Assembly (NCBI GenBank): GCA_963666835.2
Contig: CAXXGO010000006.1
Span: 1,152,001 to 1,216,000 of the forward strand
DNA: 64,000 bases
Direction of reading: 5' to 3'
DNA from: Phycisphaerae bacterium
GTDB taxonomy: Bacteria; Planctomycetota; Phycisphaerae; UBA1845
In this document: positions 58,420 to 64,000 of the stretch, one piece after another
Layout of the letters: every line of letters begins with the position of its first letter
Position numbering within the stretch: position 1 is the stretch's first letter
Made by a program: the position numbers and the translations under genes
Notes under the pieces: generated by a model
What the model was told of the DNA's origin: nothing
Database searches by the model: none
Seen by the model: only the letters and a program-made list of their open reading frames with translations

Positions 58420-59031
58420 GTGGAAGTGAACATCCTGAGCCCGCAATACGAGACGCAGGCGACCAGCACGAGTGCCGATTCCCTCGGAGGGTTGGGTAGC
58501 GACGATTTTCTGCAGCTACTGATTGCCCAGCTTACGAATCAGGATCCGATGGAGCCGACCAGCAACGAGGAATTGCTGAACCAGATTTCCTCGATCCGGG
58601 ATATTGAGCTGTCCACTTCGCTGACCAGCACTTTGGAGGGGCTTACCGGACAACAGCGGTTCGCCTCGGCGTCGACGTTGATCGGACAGTATGTGACCGG
58701 GCTGCCGGACTCGACCGGTGTCGCCGCCAGTGGAGTCGTCATTGGAGTACGGTTCGAGACGGATGGGCTCCCCGTGCTCCAACTATCCGACGGGACGGAG
58801 CTGGCTATCGAGCAAGTCAACACGATAGAGTCCCCGCGGCAGGCCGCGGAGGCGCTGATCGGCAGCACCGTTGTGGGAGTGGACAAACGACAAGCGACGG
58901 ACCCTGAAGTGGTTGAAGGAGTGGTTGCGGCCGTCCAGGTGGAATCCGACGGCGAGGTACTCTTGGAGTTGGATACCGGTGAGGACCTGAGGTTCCGGGA
59001 TCTGGTCAGCGTTACGGCGGAGGCGGTTTGA
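58420..59031 (+). CDS. flgD: hook capping protein FlgD
   Basis: FLQLLIAQLTNQDP.EP; GTG after AAGGAG. Confidence 0.92.
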   Translation: MEVNILSPQYETQATSTSADSLGGLGSDDFLQLLIAQLTNQDPMEPTSNEELLNQISSIRDIELSTSLTSTLEGLTGQQRFASASTLIGQYVTGLPDSTGVAASGVVIGVRFETDGLPVLQLSDGTELAIEQVNTIESPRQAAEALIGSTVVGVDKRQATDPEVVEGVVAAVQVESDGEVLLELDTGEDLRFRDLVSVTAEAV

Positions 59032-59095
59032 CCCTTTTGCCGGTTCGCAGGCGGATACCGGGATTGTCAGAGACCACTTTTCAGGAAACAACAGG

Positions 59096-60805
59096 ATGTC
59101 ATTAAGCTCGGCCATGCTGGTGGGTTTCACGGGGATCAGGAGCAACAGTGTTGCGGTAGATACGGTTGGAGACAACCTCGCGAACCTCAATACGACGGCC
59201 TTCAAAGGGCAGCGGACTCTGTTCGAGACGCTGATGTATAACACGATTAGCGAAGGCTCGGGTCCGGGGGAGACCAGCGGTGGGACTCTACCGCGCCAGG
59301 TCGGTACCGGATCGACCGTCGCCGCGATTCAACGGGACTACGGGCAGGGAGCCGTGGAGGAGAGCGGCTACCCCAGCGACTTGGCGATTGATGGAGACGG
59401 GTTCTTCATTCTGGACGTAGGGGAGGGTGAGCGGGCTTACACGCGCGACGGGGCTTTTAATCTCGATTCGAGCCAGACTCTGGTAGCCGCCACGAATGGT
59501 AAGCCGGTACAGGTATTCGCGGCCGACGCCGCCGGGAATATCGATACCGGTACTCTTACTGACCTGGTGATTCCCCTGGGAACCGCCAGCGAGGCAATCG
59601 CCACCACCGAAGTCATAATGGACGGACGACTCGACGCGGCGACGGCGGTGGCGTCTACCGCGGCGGTTGTTCAATCAGAGCCTCTGCTTACGTCCGGTGG
59701 CTCCGCGGGAACAACCGGTACGGCCCTGACCGATTTGGCTGCCGAGAACGGACTGCCGCTGTTTAGTACGGGAGATGTACTTACGATCAACGGGACGCGC
59801 GGAGGCGTTGCGGTCACCGAGTCCGAGTTCATTGTGGGCACGACAGGTAGCACCCTGGGCGATCTGGCCGCACATCTGGAGAGCGCCCTGGGGATCAATC
59901 CGGATCCGGCGACCGGCGGGACTCCGGGAGTGACGATCGGCGACGGAACGACCGCCCCGGCCGGGACGCTGGTGATCAACTCTAATCTCGGAGAGATTAA
60001 CGCTATTGAGCTGGACAGTTCGTCCGTAACGAACACGACGGGAGCGGTACCGTCGCCGTTTTCGTTTACGACGGCCACAAGTGCCGTGGGCGGGGGGGGC
60101 GACGGGACTACGACTTCGTTTAAGGTCTTCGACTCGCTGGGCAATGCGGTGGATGTGCGCCTGCGCGTCGCGATGGAATCGAAGTCGGAAACAGGAACCA
60201 CCTGGCGGTTCTTCGCCGAATCGGAAGGTGACACCGATCTGACTCCGGTGCTCGGGACGGGCACGATTTCCTTCGATGCCAACGGGCAGTTTGTCGGGGC
60301 CACCGGTACGGAGCTGTCGATCGATAGGGACGGAGTGGGCTCGACGACGCCGCTGGTCTTCGACTTGGATTTCAGCGGGATGACGGGATTGGCCGGGACC
60401 AACGGCGAGTCCGAGATAATCATGTCGAGCCAGGACGGGGCGGCTGCCGGAGTAATGACCGGATACGGTGTTGATACGGATGGCGTGGTGACGGCGTCGT
60501 ACTCGAACGACCAGGAGCGCGTGCTGGGACAGGTGGCCTTGGCCAAGTTTGCGAACAACGAAGGGCTGCTGGGCCGGAGCGACAATACGTTTACGGTCGG
60601 ACCGAACTCGGGGGACGCGACTATCGTGGCTCCCGGGGAGGCGGCCACGGGCATTATTCGGTCCGGGCATCTGGAGCAGAGTAATGTGGAGGTAACGCGC
60701 GAGTTCGTGAATCTGATCTCCGCCCAGACGGGGATCTCGTCGGCCAGCCGGGTAGTGCGGGTGGCTGATGACCTTTTGCAGGAACTCCTGCTGCTGGCGA
60801 GGTAG
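59096..60805 (+). CDS. flgE: hook protein FlgE
   Basis: NLANLNTTAFK, DLAI.GDGFF, YTRDG.F, LEQSNV. Confidence 0.93.
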   Translation: MSLSSAMLVGFTGIRSNSVAVDTVGDNLANLNTTAFKGQRTLFETLMYNTISEGSGPGETSGGTLPRQVGTGSTVAAIQRDYGQGAVEESGYPSDLAIDGDGFFILDVGEGERAYTRDGAFNLDSSQTLVAATNGKPVQVFAADAAGNIDTGTLTDLVIPLGTASEAIATTEVIMDGRLDAATAVASTAAVVQSEPLLTSGGSAGTTGTALTDLAAENGLPLFSTGDVLTINGTRGGVAVTESEFIVGTTGSTLGDLAAHLESALGINPDPATGGTPGVTIGDGTTAPAGTLVINSNLGEINAIELDSSSVTNTTGAVPSPFSFTTATSAVGGGGDGTTTSFKVFDSLGNAVDVRLRVAMESKSETGTTWRFFAESEGDTDLTPVLGTGTISFDANGQFVGATGTELSIDRDGVGSTTPLVFDLDFSGMTGLAGTNGESEIIMSSQDGAAAGVMTGYGVDTDGVVTASYSNDQERVLGQVALAKFANNEGLLGRSDNTFTVGPNSGDATIVAPGEAATGIIRSGHLEQSNVEVTREFVNLISAQTGISSASRVVRVADDLLQELLLLAR

Positions 60806-60870
60806 CTGATGACTGCGGTCGGAAAACCGGTGAGGCGGCGGTTAGGGGCTTTTGCCTGGAGGAACACCCG

Positions 60871-61065
60871 ATGATTACCCTGACTCGCCTTGACGAACGC
60901 GTGATCGTAATCAACGCGGAGTTGATCAAGATGCTGGAGGCGACGCCGGACACGATCGTCACGCTGATCAACGGTGACACGGTCATAGTCCGGGAGCCGG
61001 TTGACGAAGTCGTTCGCCGGGCGATCGACTACGCCCGGCAGATCCGGAGTTTCCAGGTGGTATAG
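60871..61065 (+). CDS. flbD: small flagellar FlbD-family protein
   Basis: MI.LTRL....N.ELI...E.TPDT.VTL..G. Confidence 0.9.
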   Translation: MITLTRLDERVIVINAELIKMLEATPDTIVTLINGDTVIVREPVDEVVRRAIDYARQIRSFQVV

Positions 61066-61297
61066 GGTTGTGAAGACCCGCGAGGGAGTCTGCGAGCCGA
61101 GCAGTTATCGGGCGGTGGATTCCACAATGGATGGGAAGCCGATGCCTAACGAGGGATGGCTCGGGCGTCGATATCGGATGATATGGGAATGTTGTGCGCC
61201 GGGGTTATGTCCACCGGCGCTGAGCCGTTCGGTGCTGAGGCGGCCGCGGATTGACGTGTGGATCCGCGACCTTGGTGCCGGAGTGTCGGAGTAGGCG

Positions 61298-62077
61298 ATG
61301 GATATCGCGACGATTGTCGGACTGGTCATGGGGACCGGGCTTCTGTTATGGGCCATTATGGGCAAGTCCGACCTGGGGGCCTTCTCCGATGCCGGGTCTG
61401 TGGCAATCGTGATCGGTGGGTCAGCCAGCGCCGTTCTCGTGGCATTCCCTCTGAAGAACTGTCTTGGTGCCCTGAACGTGATCAAGAAGTGCTTCTTCAC
61501 GAAACCGCTCGACCCCATGGATCTGATTGCGGATATGGTCAAGTTCGCGGAGGTCGCCCGGCGGGACGGGATTCTGGCTTTGGAGAATGCCACGGCCGAC
61601 ATCGACGACCCCTTTCTGGTGTCCGGTATCCAGATGGCGGTCGATGGAACCGATCCGGATTTGATCGAAGCGATAATGACCAGCGATCTCGATGCCGTGG
61701 AGGCTCGCCACGGAGACGGTAAGGCCATCATGGAAAGCGTCGGGCGATACGCTCCGGCCTTTGGCATGATCGGTACGCTGGTTGGTCTCGTGATCATGTT
61801 GGGCGGCATGGACGACCCCAACAGTATCGGTCCGGCGATGGCGGTTGCCTTGCTCACTACCATGTATGGCGCGGTGCTGGCGAACTTGGTTGCGTTGCCC
61901 CTGGCGGACAAACTGGCTTTGCGCAGCAGGGAGGAGCTGACCCACAAGATGATCGTGATCAAGGGCGTGATGGCGATTCAGTCCGGGGACAACCCGAGAA
62001 TCGTAGAACAGAAACTCAAGACGTTCCTGCCGAACGCGGCGCGCTCGGGTGGAGACAAGGAAGCCAAGGCCGCCTAG
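61298..62077 (+). CDS. motA: stator protein MotA
   Basis: RRDGILALE, PAFGMIGTL.GL, A.ALLTT.YG. Confidence 0.95.
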   Translation: MDIATIVGLVMGTGLLLWAIMGKSDLGAFSDAGSVAIVIGGSASAVLVAFPLKNCLGALNVIKKCFFTKPLDPMDLIADMVKFAEVARRDGILALENATADIDDPFLVSGIQMAVDGTDPDLIEAIMTSDLDAVEARHGDGKAIMESVGRYAPAFGMIGTLVGLVIMLGGMDDPNSIGPAMAVALLTTMYGAVLANLVALPLADKLALRSREELTHKMIVIKGVMAIQSGDNPRIVEQKLKTFLPNAARSGGDKEAKAA

Positions 62078-62090
62078 GCGAGGAAGGCCC

Positions 62091-62852
62091 ATGCCCGGAA
62101 AGAAGAAGCAGGAAGCGCCGCAAGGCGCGCCAGAGTGGATGGTGACGTACGGCGACGCCATGACGCTCTTGCTGTGCTTCTTCGTGATCATCGTTTCCAT
62201 GAGCGAGGTCAAACAGGATCAGCGTTTTCAGCAAGTAATGGAGTCGTTGCGGAAGACGTTCGGCGGGTATGTGGGCCAGGTCGGTATGACGCCGGTCGAG
62301 CAGATTCCGGCTAACTCGCTGTTGCAGCGATTGCTGGAGATAGACGTGCGGGTGTTGAAAGACAAAAAGGGGGACTCGGATACCGAGGGGATCCACGGCC
62401 GGGAGTTCCGCGTGACCAACGTGCGCGACGGGCTTGAAGTGGTTGTGGGGGGCCGGGTGACGTTTCCTCGCCACAGCGCGACGTTGATGCCGGAAGGACG
62501 GAGGCTAATCGCCGAGGTTGCGGAACGCTTGCGCGGATACAATACCAAGATCCTCGTTCGCGGACACGCCACGCGGGAGCCGCTTCCTGAGGACTCCATT
62601 TATGATGACGCCCGGGATTTATCGTATCGCCGGGCTAAGGCGGTGGTCAGCGAACTGGAGAAGCACGGGGTCCGGGGTGTTCGGTTGATCCCAGTTGCTT
62701 TGGGTGATACCGAGCCGCTGGTGCGGCAGGCTTACACGGAGGAGCGGCGCGCGCTCAATCGTCGCGTGGAGATTCTGGTTACGGAGGACCTTATCGAAGA
62801 TTTCGCCGGCTCTACGTTGGCGGATGAGATTAAGGAGTCCTCTAATGGGTGA
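62091..62852 (+). CDS. motB: stator protein MotB
   Basis: WMVTYGD..TLLL.FF, OmpA-like domain with NRRVEI. Confidence 0.93.
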   Translation: MPGKKKQEAPQGAPEWMVTYGDAMTLLLCFFVIIVSMSEVKQDQRFQQVMESLRKTFGGYVGQVGMTPVEQIPANSLLQRLLEIDVRVLKDKKGDSDTEGIHGREFRVTNVRDGLEVVVGGRVTFPRHSATLMPEGRRLIAEVAERLRGYNTKILVRGHATREPLPEDSIYDDARDLSYRRAKAVVSELEKHGVRGVRLIPVALGDTEPLVRQAYTEERRALNRRVEILVTEDLIEDFAGSTLADEIKESSNG

Positions 62853-63369
62853 TGAACCAGCTACTGGGGCCAACGCTGCGCCGGCGGGCAAGTCTAAGTT
62901 GATGCCGATCATAATCGTCGCAGCTCTGATGATCGGTGAGGGCGTCGGGATCTACTTCGTGGCGAAGGCCCTGCACACGGGACCGGACATCGCTGCCGCG
63001 GGCGAAGGGGTCGAGGAGCCCGAGCCGGAGGGCGCCGTCGGGATGGAGCTGTCCGAGGTTGCCCTGGGGGAGGCTCGCCCCAGCAACAAGATGTCGGGTA
63101 AGTTCATCACGTTCCAGGTTAAGGTCTCTATTCTGGTGGATACCGAACGGCTCGAAGCGACCACAGCGCTTGTGGAAACCAAGCAGGCCCGACTCAAGGA
63201 CCGGATCAACTTCGTGTTCCGAAGCGCCGAACTGAACCACCTGAATGAGCCGGGCTTGGAGACGATCCGTCGACGATTAAAGTTCGAATTTGATCGGGTG
63301 TTCGGTGATGACACGATCGTGAAAGAGGTCTTGATCACCGAGATGTTGCAGTCGAGCTCCGGCGTTTGA
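62845..63369 (+). CDS. fliL: FliL
   Basis: N-terminal TM, follows motB, C-terminal V.EVLI. Confidence 0.75.
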   Translation: MGDEPATGANAAPAGKSKLMPIIIVAALMIGEGVGIYFVAKALHTGPDIAAAGEGVEEPEPEGAVGMELSEVALGEARPSNKMSGKFITFQVKVSILVDTERLEATTALVETKQARLKDRINFVFRSAELNHLNEPGLETIRRRLKFEFDRVFGDDTIVKEVLITEMLQSSSGV

Positions 63370-63439
63370 GTGTCGGCCGCACGCCGGATTCACCGATAAT
63401 ACCCGATAGCATGGAGAGCTGCTCAAGTACCTCGTAGGG

Positions 63440-64000
63440 ATGGAGCCCGTGGACGAGAATGGTAACTCACAACCTGGGCAGGGCGATTTCGATCAGAGCG
63501 ATATAGACGCACTGTTCTCCGGGGGGACGCCCGGAGAAGACGCGAAGGGGGAAGAGACTCCTGCGCCGGATTCCGGCGAAATCAGTCAAGCTGACATCGA
63601 CGCTCTCGTGCAAGGAGGCGGCGCGGCTGAATCGCCGTCCCCGCCCGCTGCGGACGATGGCGAAATAAGCCAAGCCGATATTGATGCCCTCATGCAAGGT
63701 GGTGCTGCTGCTGATGAACCTCCTCCCGCCGCCGCGGACGACGGCGAGATAAGCCAGGCCGACATTGACGCTCTCATGCAAGCCGGTGCCGGCGATGCAC
63801 CGCCTCCTGCCGCTGCGGGCGATGGCGAGATAAGCCAGGCCGATATTGATGCCCTTATGCAGGGTGGGGCCGGTGCTGCGGCGGAGACCCCGCCTGCGCC
63901 GGAGCCGGATACCCGGGTAGACACGCTGGGTCGTCCCTTCGATGAAATGGCTGCGGCTATGGCGGCCGCCATCGAGGAAGAGAAAGCGGCGGCTGCTGCC
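63440..64000 (+). CDS. probable flagellar switch protein (FliM/FliN/FliY-like), partial, with five SQADIDAL-type motifs
   Basis: Not in the ORF track; open from ATG 63440 to the window end; follows fliL. Confidence 0.7.
   Translation, partial: MEPVDENGNSQPGQGDFDQSDIDALFSGGTPGEDAKGEETPAPDSGEISQADIDALVQGGGAAESPSPPAADDGEISQADIDALMQGGAAADEPPPAAADDGEISQADIDALMQAGAGDAPPPAAAGDGEISQADIDALMQGGAGAAAETPPAPEPDTRVDTLGRPFDEMAAAMAAAIEEEKAAAAA

Overview
GC-rich bacterial DNA, most consistent with Planctomycetota (Phycisphaerae-like). Supporting signs are the PVC small basic signature protein, an ECF sigma factor with a Ser/Thr kinase, a prepilin-type DUF1559-like protein, PEP-CTERM/IPTL-CTERM tails and a short 5S rRNA. 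1-20 kb is housekeeping: a partial MutS-related gene, an RRM protein, a complete iscR-S-U-A-hscB-hscA-fdx operon, a stand-alone 5S rRNA with its own promoter and terminator followed by an unannotated 32-aa peptide gene, cdaA-cdaR, SMUG1, thrS-infC (both apparently with non-canonical starts) and tdk. 21-37.8 kb is an accessory cell-surface island. It holds a dockerin-bearing S8 protease next to a cohesin-like PEP-CTERM protein, a ~1335-aa repeat protein ending in dockerin-like and cohesin-like modules, and an intact IS4 inserted into a repeat arm. It also holds an ECF sigma, two paralogous CHRD-like IPTL-CTERM genes and a Ser/Thr kinase, with a ~120-bp inverted-repeat element at every gene boundary. 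38-43.5 kb holds assorted enzymes. 44-64 kb is a sigma54-type flagellar cluster (flgB to fliL) ending in a truncated switch protein with five CheY-P-binding-like motifs. All calls come from reading motifs by eye; no searches were run.
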